Shown here: positions 8,766 to 17,531 of the stretch, piece by piece
Numbering within the stretch: position 1 is the stretch's first letter
Layout of the letters: each line of letters starts with the position of its first letter
Origin: a virus
Strand: one strand, 5' to 3'
Virus record (IMG/VR): IMGVR_UViG_3300043571_000425
Length of the DNA: 64,000 nucleotides
Made by a program: the position numbers and the translations under genes
The notes under the pieces: generated by a model
What the model was told of the DNA's origin: nothing
Seen by the model: only the letters and a program-made list of their open reading frames with translations
The model's database searches: none

Positions 8766-9425
8766 ATGCGCTACTACTTAGACTCAGAATTTATAGAAAA
8801 CGGCGTGACCATAGATTTGATTTCTATTGGTATAGTTGCCGACGACGGACGCGAATACTACGCCATCAACAGTGAATGTGATTTTTCAAAGGCCAGTGAC
8901 TGGGTGCTAGAAAATGTTTTGCACCCAATCGGATTAGATAAAGATGGGTTTAAGGTTAACCCGTCTGAACCTTGGGTAAAACCAGCTTATAGAGACTCCT
9001 ATCTGTGCGCCCATCCAAAACAAGAAATTGCGCGTCAAGTTTTACGATTTACAAAACCAAGTATTTTACCCGTCCCGTCAGCAGATAAAGGCTACAAAGA
9101 ATTAAGGGACGCTGTAACAGAAGAATCTATAGAGTTTTGGGGTGAATGGTGTAGTTACGACTGGGTAGTTTTGTGTCAACTGTTTGGGGTGATGGCGGAA
9201 TTACCGTTTAGCTTTCCAATGAGGTGTAGAGACGTTATCCAGTGGAAAGAGGATCATCTTAAATACGCGGGTGAATTACCTCCATCACTAGAAACCGACG
9301 GCAATCACAACGCATTACTAGGAGCAAAAACCGTCAAAATGCGGTATGAATTTTTAAAAGATTTAGACGAAAAATCGATTATCCGTATAAAATATTCACC
9401 TTATACCCAAGCGTCATTAACTTGA
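8766..9425 (+). CDS. DEDD-type 3'-5' exonuclease (Rv2179c-like)
   Basis: The N-terminus MRYYLDSEFIENG..IDLISIGIV.DDGREYYA matches the DxE ExoI motif and layout of this exoribonuclease family. A later H...D-type region is also present. Confidence 0.7.
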   Translation: MRYYLDSEFIENGVTIDLISIGIVADDGREYYAINSECDFSKASDWVLENVLHPIGLDKDGFKVNPSEPWVKPAYRDSYLCAHPKQEIARQVLRFTKPSILPVPSADKGYKELRDAVTEESIEFWGEWCSYDWVVLCQLFGVMAELPFSFPMRCRDVIQWKEDHLKYAGELPPSLETDGNHNALLGAKTVKMRYEFLKDLDEKSIIRIKYSPYTQASLT

Positions 9426-9634
9426 CGCTTGCTGTACTTGTATCGTCAGCATATTTCATCTTTACCTGAAATGCGAACGTCATGGTAGTTAAACAAACGC
9501 CCGTCAAAACACCATTAACAAGCAATGTTTTGATTTCAGGGATGATTTTGATTAACTCCAAAAACCACGATTCATCCAACAAGCTAGAGATGAGCTTGCC
9601 CTGAATATTTACTCTAATTTCAGGAATTTCATCC

Positions 9635-10231
9635 ATGTTATTCACACCTAAACAATCCATGATCACAATCTACTTACAAGGTGAACTTGCAGACTATTTT
9701 ACCTCACAAATTACCGTTGATGTCTCTAGTGTTGCCGAAGCTGTGGCAGCACTACGTGCTAACTTTAAAGATTTTGCGAATTATCTATTTGAAGCTGCTA
9801 ACCGTGGCGTATCCTATCAAATTCAGGTAGGGTATCAGGAGATTGAAGAACAGCATCTAAAATGCCCAATTTCCAAAAAGGTGCAATCTATCAGAATCAT
9901 GCCTGTAATCGCTGGTGCTGGTGCAGCTGGTAAAATTATTGCAGGTGTGGCACTGATTGCGGCGGGGTTTTTAACTGGGGGAGCGGGCTTCCTGGGGCTA
10001 TCTTCAGCAACTCTATTTCTGACAGGGGGTGCTTTGCTACTGGGTGGTATTTCTTCCCTGTTCGGACGGCAAGAATCACCTGACGCTAGAGAGGACAAAA
10101 AATCACTGGTGTTTGGTGGTACGTCAACGACCGTTAAAGAAGGGGGGCGTGTGCCAATAATTTACGGGGTGGCATTGGTGGGGATGTATATTATCTCTGC
10201 CAAGATTACGACTTCCTACCAGCCGAGTTAG
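9635..10231 (+). CDS. tail assembly protein I (lambda gpI family)
   Basis: A ubiquitin-like N-terminus (IYLQGELADYF...VSSVAEAVAALRANF) is followed by a Gly/Ala-rich hydrophobic segment and a C-terminal VPIIYG motif. The ATG at 9659 is an alternative start. Confidence 0.7.
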   Translation: MLFTPKQSMITIYLQGELADYFTSQITVDVSSVAEAVAALRANFKDFANYLFEAANRGVSYQIQVGYQEIEEQHLKCPISKKVQSIRIMPVIAGAGAAGKIIAGVALIAAGFLTGGAGFLGLSSATLFLTGGALLLGGISSLFGRQESPDAREDKKSLVFGGTSTTVKEGGRVPIIYGVALVGMYIISAKITTSYQPS

Positions 10232-10232
10232 G

Positions 10233-10262
10233 CAATAAAAAAACCCGCCATTCCTGACGGGT
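10233..10262 (-). terminator. rho-independent terminator (CAATAAAAAA-hairpin family)
   Basis: ACCCG(10243-10247)/CGGGT(10258-10262). It is almost identical to the element at 738-764 and follows the stop of 10277-10510. Confidence 0.6.
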
Positions 10263-10276
10263 TTCGGCAAGCGATC

Positions 10277-10510
10277 TTAACCTTGCATCTTTTTAATCTC
10301 TACTTTGTATCCTAGACAATTTAACGTTTGATTGATTTTGACCCATGTTTCAGGGTCTTTTTTAAGCCATACAGAGAGACGCTTATGGATTGTTCCTAGT
10401 GTGTCGCCTGTCTGCAAAGAGATTTCCTGAGCAGCGTCGTAAGTGCTGTTATAACTGCTTAGGATTTGTTCAAGGGTTTGGGATAGGTTCATTTTGTCAT
10501 CTTTTTCCAT
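10277..10510 (-). CDS. small HTH-like protein
   Basis: ORF track. YDAAQEISLQTGDTLGTIHKRLSVW resembles an HTH. A truncated paralog lies at 1101-1192. Confidence 0.55.
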   Translation of the reverse strand: MEKDDKMNLSQTLEQILSSYNSTYDAAQEISLQTGDTLGTIHKRLSVWLKKDPETWVKINQTLNCLGYKVEIKKMQG

Positions 10511-10527
10511 TCCAATAGTGTCAATAC

Positions 10528-11289
10528 CTATCTTAATTTTCTAGGAATGGGTTTGTTGCTTTTTTTAAGCTTCGATATCTCCCAGTCCTTAACTATTCTA
10601 TTTAGCTCTGACTGAGAATCTATTGTGTAAGTCCCTTTCTTATACCCAATAACTTGCGCAAAATCATCAGAACTTCTTATGCTAATTCTTTCTACGTCTA
10701 CAGAGAAAAATTCTTTTAAATCACTAGGAAGAGAATCAAATAAAGGAATTACAACATCATTTAGCCTTAGTATCTCTGCTTGTTTCCTTAGTTGGGCAAA
10801 TTTAGCACCTTCTTCTTTAATCCATTGTAGCTGTGCAAAATCAATATCAAAGAAACCAACCTCAAGACATTTTTTACCGTAGAAAACATCTATGTATTCG
10901 TTTCTCTCGTAGACACTACACCCTGGACATCCTGCAAAAAACTCTTTTACGGCTTTAATATTGTAGTTTTTTTGTAGTTTTTTGGAAAGGAAATTTATAA
11001 TCTGAGGATAAACCTCTTCTAAATTTAAGCAATCTTCATCCTGAAGTTGAGCTTTAGGATCTAATGGTATTATGACTTCATAAGTCCCATAATTAGGGAT
11101 TCTTATGGAACTTCCGTTTACGTGAAAATCTAAATCTAAATGCCAAGAGGGTTGATGCCACACTTTAAACCCTATCTGTGCTAATAAATTTTTGATATCT
11201 TCAGGTAAAGCATCAAATTTCAAACTAATAAGGTAGTTTGTACCACCTTCATAACAACCTAACTCTTCATGTCTGTTGTATAGTGCCAT
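10528..11289 (-). CDS. hypothetical protein (253 aa)
   Basis: ORF track. It lies downstream of the promoter at 11323-11351, with AAGGAG 7 nt before the ATG. Confidence 0.6.
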   Translation of the reverse strand: MALYNRHEELGCYEGGTNYLISLKFDALPEDIKNLLAQIGFKVWHQPSWHLDLDFHVNGSSIRIPNYGTYEVIIPLDPKAQLQDEDCLNLEEVYPQIINFLSKKLQKNYNIKAVKEFFAGCPGCSVYERNEYIDVFYGKKCLEVGFFDIDFAQLQWIKEEGAKFAQLRKQAEILRLNDVVIPLFDSLPSDLKEFFSVDVERISIRSSDDFAQVIGYKKGTYTIDSQSELNRIVKDWEISKLKKSNKPIPRKLR

Positions 11290-11322
11290 CTTGTTTTCTC
11301 CTTTATTTCTTTAACTTCTTAC

Positions 11323-11351
11323 ACTATAGAGTAATTTATCTATAATGTCAA
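11323..11351 (-). promoter_or_regulatory. sigma70-type promoter
   Basis: The minus strand reads TTGACA (11351-11346), a 17-nt spacer, then TATAGT (11328-11323). The leader is nearly identical to that at 11863-11924. Confidence 0.6.
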
Positions 11352-11408
11352 CCACCAAATTAAAATATTTTTAAAATAAAAAATCCACCGTTGCCGATGG
11401 ACTAAAAA

Positions 11409-11591
11409 TTATACTAATTCTCTAACTGTTTTTTCTAATAAAACCTTACCCTTCCATCGAACTGGATGGTGAAGATTTTCATATCTGGCTTCATTCCATA
11501 TGACATCAATTACCTGCTCTACGGAGGAGATTTCAGGAAAATTGATTTTTATGTTTTGTAGGGCTTTTTTGACAACATCTTGATATTCCAT
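11409..11591 (-). CDS. small conserved protein, paralog of 1269-1466
   Basis: See 1269-1466. Confidence 0.65.
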   Translation of the reverse strand: MEYQDVVKKALQNIKINFPEISSVEQVIDVIWNEARYENLHHPVRWKGKVLLEKTVRELV

Positions 11592-11592
11592 A

Positions 11593-11862
11593 TTAAATGA
11601 CCTTATCTACTTTTAATCTACTGATCACTCTGTTAGCTTGCTTACCACTACATGATATTTGTAATGGCACGTATCCCTTTACCATTTCTGCTAAATCCTG
11701 TTGTTCTTGCTGGTAGTCAGAACCAGGATAAGAACGATAGCACCAAACGTCTGGCGCGGGCATAAATTTCTGATCTACTACTTCGGCTTGATGCCCCTCG
11801 GCTTGCAACGCTCGGATGATAGCGTCGGCGTTGGTTTGCATTACTCGGATTAGTCTAGTCAT
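11593..11862 (-). CDS. hypothetical protein, distant paralog of 1492-1695
   Basis: ORF track. The stop and the next start are adjacent to 11409-11591. Confidence 0.55.
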   Translation of the reverse strand: MTRLIRVMQTNADAIIRALQAEGHQAEVVDQKFMPAPDVWCYRSYPGSDYQQEQQDLAEMVKGYVPLQISCSGKQANRVISRLKVDKVI

Positions 11863-11895
11863 CTTGTTTTCTCCTTTATTTCTTTAACTTCTTAC

Positions 11896-11924
11896 ACTAT
11901 AGAGTAATTTATCTATAGTGTCAA
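11896..11924 (-). promoter_or_regulatory. sigma70-type promoter
   Basis: The minus strand reads TTGACA (11924-11919), a 17-nt spacer, then TATAGT (11901-11896). An AAGGAG-containing leader follows, then the ATG at 11862. Confidence 0.6.
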
Positions 11925-11934
11925 TACTCTTCGT

Positions 11935-11968
11935 AAAATAAAAAAATCCCCAGCGATAAACCAGGGAT
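11935..11968 (-). terminator. possible rho-independent terminator
   Basis: ATCCC(11946-11950)/GGGAT(11964-11968) is followed on the minus strand by a T7 run. It lies just after the small ORF 11974-12102. Confidence 0.4.
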
Positions 11969-11973
11969 CCCTA

Positions 11974-12102
11974 TTACTTTTTATATTCCTCTAAAAGTTT
12001 GTCCACGACTGGCAACAAATCAAGGGGAATATATCTTGATTCTCCCTGACCTGTGACTGGTCTACCGCGCTTTTTAGTAGTGCGATTTTGCCACAAGTCC
12101 AT
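11974..12102 (-). CDS. possible 42-aa basic protein
   Basis: Not in the ORF track (below the length cut-off). The product is MDLWQNRTTKKRGRPVTGQGESRYIPLDLLPVVDKLLEEYKK*, and a terminator-like hairpin follows. Confidence 0.35.
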   Translation of the reverse strand: MDLWQNRTTKKRGRPVTGQGESRYIPLDLLPVVDKLLEEYKK

Positions 12103-12228
12103 TAACCCAAAGGGATAGCTTGACCTACTTTATAGCTAGGATTTACTGGTTGTGATTTTAACCTATTCATCAAACTGCTGATGATTACGCACTAAGTATT
12201 CCATGACGACATAATTGTATAAAAAGCA

Positions 12229-12363
12229 TACTTGAGGACTATATGCTTTTCATTTATATCAAACAAGAGCGATTAATTAATTTTTCTCTTTTAATTTAAT
12301 TCCTCTCTTGATTTCAAATTCTTCTCGTTTGTAATAGAAGTAAAAGCATATAGTCCTCAAGTA
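12229..12363. repeat. perfect 22-bp inverted repeat separated by 91 nt
   Basis: tacttgaggactatatgctttt (12229-12250) is the exact reverse complement of 12342-12363. The left arm also folds on itself (AAAAGCATA...TATGCTTTT). Confidence 0.8.
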
Positions 12364-12519
12364 CCGAAAACTGGGTGTAGAGCGGTTTTAACGATGCAGC
12401 TATTAGAGTATTGATGAAATTATTGATTTCCCGATAATTTAGGGCTAAAATAAATTAGCCACCCAAGATCCTACTCAAGGGCGGCGTTCAAAAAAATAAA
12501 GCGAGGTTTTGATAAACTT

Positions 12520-13341
12520 ATGATAACACAACACCAAATAACAAAGCAAGACTTTCTGAAAAAAGAATCAGAAATCTTTGACCGCATCCAAGATTTAAAC
12601 ACACCGCAGCTTTTAGCGGTCATGGGAGTTACCAACGCTTACTGTTGGGCAGCCCTCGAAAGATTAGAACTACTGGAGAATAATAAGCTTGTTCCCGAAA
12701 AAGCAGGGGATATAATAGCCGCATCTCAAACGGGTGCAGCATCTATTGAGATGACCAATATCTATTTGTCGGCATACCTCAAAAAGCACTGGGCTGGTGC
12801 TTGTAGTTCCGAGCATAGTTGTAGGAATGTGAGGCAACTACTGTCAAATGGACTTTGGAAAACCCGCACTAATCAAGACACAGGGGAAATTGAGGAAGTC
12901 TGGGGATTGGGGTTTTTGGACTTCACTCCTAAAGTCACCGGCACAACTGTTATTCCTCCCACATTGGAAAATATGGATTTGGTGGGAATGGCGCAATTAT
13001 ATAGATGTGCTTATCAGCTTTGGAAAGAGAAGATGATACGGAAATTTCCAGACACAGACCCCTTTGACCTGTTGCCAGAACATAAAGGGGCGTTGATGTT
13101 GACGCTGTTTGACTCCCTATTTTATGGAATGATTCAGTTTAATTCTGTGGGTTTTGAGCGATCGCTAATTGAAGTAAATGTTGAGTCGGTGGTTAAATCC
13201 GTGAAGCGTGCTGTGATGTGGTTTTTCAGTGAATCATACAAGATTTGTCGCAGGGGTTGGAGAAGGTTGATCAAGAGGGAATTTGAGCAACAAGAACGAG
13301 AATATCAACAGAATTTGACTGAAATGGGGGTGGCATTTTGA
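12520..13341 (+). CDS. hypothetical protein, paralog of 59693-60571
   Basis: Shared blocks are QLL..MG..N...W.A, YLK..W.GA, WGL...D, PP.LE..D and D..P.H.G..M..L...LF.G. The stop overlaps the next start. Confidence 0.65.
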   Translation: MITQHQITKQDFLKKESEIFDRIQDLNTPQLLAVMGVTNAYCWAALERLELLENNKLVPEKAGDIIAASQTGAASIEMTNIYLSAYLKKHWAGACSSEHSCRNVRQLLSNGLWKTRTNQDTGEIEEVWGLGFLDFTPKVTGTTVIPPTLENMDLVGMAQLYRCAYQLWKEKMIRKFPDTDPFDLLPEHKGALMLTLFDSLFYGMIQFNSVGFERSLIEVNVESVVKSVKRAVMWFFSESYKICRRGWRRLIKREFEQQEREYQQNLTEMGVAF

Positions 13342-13760
13342 TCGTGTCATACATTGACTTTGATGCTGTTCACAAAAGAATGATTGAGGCGGATCTCATA
13401 GAAGATTGGCTTGACAGAAATTTTGGTTTTGAGCAAAGTTTTGGAACTGAAAGAAAATATCAAAACTATCTGCAACGCAAGCTATCAGAAGAATTGAAGG
13501 TGCAAATACTTTCCGAAGTGTCGAGGGAATCTGGCTATTTACGCGGGAAAGTTGACTTGTATATACCTTGCGTTAATGCTGTTATTGAATGTAAAAAGCA
13601 CAAGCGCGACAAGAAAACAGCAAGACAACAACTTGATTATTATGGAAGATTATTTAATACGGATTTATTATTTTTTGCTGCGGCTGATGACCCCAGCACA
13701 GGAAAATATATTGTGGATACTTTAATAGACATTGTTGAGAATAACAATAAGCAGGATTGA
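13338..13760 (+). CDS. PD-(D/E)xK nuclease-fold protein
   Basis: GKVDLYIP....AVIECKK is a D...E.K motif. It is a paralog of the C-terminal domain of 52272-53087. The TTG start overlaps the upstream TGA. Confidence 0.55.
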   Translation: MIVSYIDFDAVHKRMIEADLIEDWLDRNFGFEQSFGTERKYQNYLQRKLSEELKVQILSEVSRESGYLRGKVDLYIPCVNAVIECKKHKRDKKTARQQLDYYGRLFNTDLLFFAAADDPSTGKYIVDTLIDIVENNNKQD

Positions 13761-13814
13761 CGGGAAACGTTTCCCGTCATGGCAAAAATAACCTCAGATA
13801 CCAATATCTGAGTT

Positions 13815-16079
13815 ATGCCGAAAAAACAATTTAAAGGATTTGGCGGTAGTGGTGGCGGTGGCAACCCCGCAAAACCGCCAGTAGATACCACTATATCAGG
13901 AACTTCCGTTTCGACCGCCTCAGTTTTGGGGATTGTGTCAGAAGGGGAAATTGAGGGGCTATTGGACGGGCTAAAATCTGTCTACCTTGATGAAACCCCT
14001 ATTCAAAATTCTGATAATTCCCTGAACTTCAGCGGTTTTACGTGGGACTACAGACTGGGAACTCAAGGACAAGGCAGAATGCCCGGGTTTGGGGATGAGG
14101 TTGCAAGCGAAACTAGCGTAAACGCTGAGGTAAAATACAATCTCCCGATTACCCGCACTATCACCAATGCCAATCTAGATATTATTCGTGTCCGTTTGGG
14201 CGTGGTTTTACAGGAATACTCACCGGACGGGGGTGTGCTGGGATTAAATGTAGGGTTTAAGATTTATGTAAAACAAGGTGCGGGGGCGTTCGATCTCATT
14301 TATGAAGTGAATGAAAGCGGAAGGTTTGCAACCATAACAGAATTTGAATATGCTTTTGCAGTCAATAACATCGGTGGTACGGTTTCCGATTTTAGCGTCA
14401 GGGTAGAACGAACCACGCCACAGGACACGGATGAAACCAGATATCAGCGTATATTAAAATGGCAATCTTACACGCAAGTAACAGAAACCAGGCTCGCATA
14501 TCCCAACAGCGCGTTATTTGGGTTTACTGTCAATGCTGCACAGTTTCAGTCTCTACCGCAAATATCCCTAAAACTAGCAGGGCGGAAAATTCAGATACCC
14601 AGTAATGCCACACCTACCGCAGCTAGGGGTTTGACCTTTAGTGGAACTTGGAATGGAACTTTTATCACGCCTTCGGTAGCAGTGGCAGATCCGGCATGGA
14701 TTTTATATGACCTGATCACAAATACCCGCTATGGACTTGGGCGGTATATTGATGCAACTCAAATTGATAAATGGGCATTATACGAAATTAGCCAATACTG
14801 CAATGAGTACGTCCCCGACGGCTATGGTGGTACAGAACACAGATTCCAATGTCACATACTGCTAGAAGGCAAGAATGAGGCGTATAGCGTTATTCAGCAG
14901 TTTCTATCAATATTTCGTGGATTTTCCTACTGGATGTCTGGAGCAATCGGATTTGTGACAGATAAACCCGGATCACCGGTGGCACAATTTACCCAGTCAG
15001 ATATCGAAGAGGGGATGTTTTCGTATACCCGTACAGGGCTGAAAACCAGACACACCATAGCGTTGGTAACTTGGGCAAATCCAGACGATTTTTACCGCCG
15101 ATCTGTGGAAGCAATTGATGATCCTGCTGGTATTGCTAAATACGGGGTGAGAGAAATAGAACTATCTGCTTTTGCTTGCACTTCAAGGGGGCAGGCGCGA
15201 CGGGCTGGATATGCCACCTTGCTGACTGACAGATTGGAACAGGAAACCGTAACTTTCAGGTGTCGAGCCTACGGAACATACACAAAACCCGGCGATATTA
15301 TCAGGGTGATGGACTCAAAAAGGGCTGATATTCGGTACGGGGGACTAATCGCAGCGTCTACCACTACCGCAATCACCCTTGATAATCCTGTAGAACTGCT
15401 AGAAGATGAAACCTACACCCTCACGGTAATGCTTGCTGATGGCACGGTACAGGAAAGAGTTGTTACCAATTCCCCTGAAACAGCGACAATCCTCACCCTT
15501 GACTTAGCGCTATCATCAGCACCACCACCCGAATCAAACTGGATTCTTGCATCATCTACAGTGCAGCCGCAATTATTCCGGGTTTTAAATCGTGTTCCGA
15601 GTTCTGGCAGCACGGAAATGATGCACGAAATCACAGCTATTGAATACAACCCCGCTAAATACTCTCAAATTGAAAATGGCTGGAGTCTTGAGCCGTTACC
15701 AGCGCGGCGTAATCCTCCCGTCGTTGTATCAGTCCCTAGAAATATCACACTCAGTTACCGTACGATTGACCTGTTTGATCTCAACGCAGTCTGGGATTTT
15801 CCATTACTGGGGAGTGAACGAGATCCCTATATCGTAGGCTACACAATCGAATTACGCCTTGGTGATCATGGACTGTGGGGAAATAGCAAATTTGAAACAA
15901 CTGCCTCAACGCAGTTTGCAAACATATCAGCAGGGAAATATTACGTCAGAGTCGCCGCAGTTGATGTTAATGGCAGATCCTCGCGTTGGGCTGTTTCTGA
16001 CCCGATTATCTTGTCGAAATACAACTGGGTAGGCGTTTTCACTTCTCGATATGCTTCTGTTTTTGCAATGGAATTTTAA
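13815..16079 (+). CDS. tail-tip / host-specificity protein (lambda gpJ-like, short form)
   Basis: 754 aa. The gpJ-type N-terminal layout is present (SVL.IVSEGEIEGL..GLKSVYLD.TP.Q...). The large central domain shows ..YPN.AL.G and W..YDL..N.RYGLG. Confidence 0.8.
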   Translation: MPKKQFKGFGGSGGGGNPAKPPVDTTISGTSVSTASVLGIVSEGEIEGLLDGLKSVYLDETPIQNSDNSLNFSGFTWDYRLGTQGQGRMPGFGDEVASETSVNAEVKYNLPITRTITNANLDIIRVRLGVVLQEYSPDGGVLGLNVGFKIYVKQGAGAFDLIYEVNESGRFATITEFEYAFAVNNIGGTVSDFSVRVERTTPQDTDETRYQRILKWQSYTQVTETRLAYPNSALFGFTVNAAQFQSLPQISLKLAGRKIQIPSNATPTAARGLTFSGTWNGTFITPSVAVADPAWILYDLITNTRYGLGRYIDATQIDKWALYEISQYCNEYVPDGYGGTEHRFQCHILLEGKNEAYSVIQQFLSIFRGFSYWMSGAIGFVTDKPGSPVAQFTQSDIEEGMFSYTRTGLKTRHTIALVTWANPDDFYRRSVEAIDDPAGIAKYGVREIELSAFACTSRGQARRAGYATLLTDRLEQETVTFRCRAYGTYTKPGDIIRVMDSKRADIRYGGLIAASTTTAITLDNPVELLEDETYTLTVMLADGTVQERVVTNSPETATILTLDLALSSAPPPESNWILASSTVQPQLFRVLNRVPSSGSTEMMHEITAIEYNPAKYSQIENGWSLEPLPARRNPPVVVSVPRNITLSYRTIDLFDLNAVWDFPLLGSERDPYIVGYTIELRLGDHGLWGNSKFETTASTQFANISAGKYYVRVAAVDVNGRSSRWAVSDPIILSKYNWVGVFTSRYASVFAMEF

Positions 16080-16082
16080 ATT

Positions 16083-16517
16083 ATGCCCACACCACGCATT
16101 TACGTTGGGGGAGACGGAAGCCCCTATCAGCGATCGCTCACAAACTCGTCCGCAGGGACAACGGACAACCCCGATGTTGCTCATTTTGCGCTGAATTACT
16201 CAGAAGAAAGTCCGATTACTGGGGCAACAATGCCGGTTGGGGGGATAGGAGCAATCGGTTGGTTGTCAGCGATTTGGAGACAGTTATCGGGAAATCAACG
16301 AACTCCAGGCTTTCTTAGCACAACTACCACAGGCACGGTAACAGCAGGGGCTAAATCTGTGATTATTAAAAACGTTGGTGGTGCAGTGGGAACGGTTTTG
16401 ACAGTCAATCTGCCAGTAGGGGAAACTCTTAACTTTGCAACTGCCGGAAACGACACTCTTGGGGCGATCGCTTACAACGCCACCGGAACAACTTTCTTGA
16501 TTTCCGAGGTTCGCTAA
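16083..16517 (+). CDS. hypothetical tail-associated protein
   Basis: ORF track. It is tightly packed after the J-like gene and is Gly/Thr-rich. Confidence 0.55.
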   Translation: MPTPRIYVGGDGSPYQRSLTNSSAGTTDNPDVAHFALNYSEESPITGATMPVGGIGAIGWLSAIWRQLSGNQRTPGFLSTTTTGTVTAGAKSVIIKNVGGAVGTVLTVNLPVGETLNFATAGNDTLGAIAYNATGTTFLISEVR

Positions 16518-17041
16518 TGACGGACTATGATTACATTAATTTTAGTTGCACACTTAGCTCTGTGTACGGTACGCCAGGGCTTTACACAGATTTAGCAGCC
16601 TGTGAAAATGCCGTAGAAGATGGTATTGCTAAATCCGTTTTAATCCTAACCCCGTTATGGAATGCAACCAAAAAAGCATCACTGCCGCTATTAACAAATA
16701 AGCTAGGCGACGGATATCAACAAATTGTTTTTAATGCTTTTAATCAGATAAGTGAAGAATGGAGCATCACATCACCCGTATTGGTTGGAACGCAGGTTGA
16801 TCAATTATTAAATCAATTACGCCAATTGTCCAGCACTTCTTTTTTATGGAGTCCTAACAATGGTGTAATTGATTATCAAGAATTCGACTGCAATGAGTGG
16901 CAAAAAATTCAATTGGGCGTAAATCAATATCAAATTACAACAACATTTAAATTAACAAGCTCAATAGTAACCTCTCCAGAGCCTTATGTAGCTACTGTGT
17001 TTTTGGGAGGCAGATCCTTATTTGGCAGCTTAATCAACTAA
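16517..17041 (+). CDS. hypothetical tail-associated protein
   Basis: ORF track. Its start overlaps the upstream stop. Confidence 0.55.
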   Translation: MTDYDYINFSCTLSSVYGTPGLYTDLAACENAVEDGIAKSVLILTPLWNATKKASLPLLTNKLGDGYQQIVFNAFNQISEEWSITSPVLVGTQVDQLLNQLRQLSSTSFLWSPNNGVIDYQEFDCNEWQKIQLGVNQYQITTTFKLTSSIVTSPEPYVATVFLGGRSLFGSLIN

Positions 17042-17147
17042 GTTTTCACTTCTGGGAAAACTACTGGAAAGATTAATTAATTTTTTATGCCGCTAACTAT
17101 TAACCGCCCCTCAGATGTGCAGACTACACTGGAGATAACTTTCCAAA

Positions 17148-17531
17148 TTGGTGAATTACCAACTCAGACCGTACAAACCTTTATTTACGCCAACACCAAT
17201 GAATTTTTACACTTGTAGCATTAAAACTGATCTTCCTGTTACTGCCAGATATCGAGGAGAAATCACAGAGGTACAGAAGCTCGACAATGGGGGGATCGCA
17301 TTCACAGAAAAATTGCCTAATGGGAAAAGAAAACCAAGGATGATTCCTGAAGGTGCAGTTTTTATCGGCACTCTCCAAGAAGCTGCAAAATTTTATCATC
17401 CTGAATCTGATACAGTAGCTGTTACCACCCTGCATCATTTCAATACTTCTAACCACGTTGAACCAGGTCTAAGCCCAGAAGAGCCAGAAAGAATAAATAC
17501 CTCACTTGGCATCTTAGAGAGGTTTTCATGA
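17148..17531 (+). CDS. hypothetical protein, probably the out-of-frame continuation of a gene starting at 17087
   Basis: ORF track. A 43-codon ORF at 17087-17218 encodes the N-terminus MPLTINRPSDVQTTLEITFQIGELPTQTV, also seen at 23285. Homology to that copy continues in this frame (TPTP.N.YT vs TPPTYT). An internal ATG lies at 17199. Confidence 0.4.
   Translation: MVNYQLRPYKPLFTPTPMNFYTCSIKTDLPVTARYRGEITEVQKLDNGGIAFTEKLPNGKRKPRMIPEGAVFIGTLQEAAKFYHPESDTVAVTTLHHFNTSNHVEPGLSPEEPERINTSLGILERFS

Noticed and set aside
9379-9666. 95-aa minus-strand ORF between the exonuclease and gpI genes
   Set aside because: It overlaps the 3' end of 8766-9425 and the 5' end of the gpI-like gene. It has no motif and no promoter or terminator of the type used by the other minus-strand genes.
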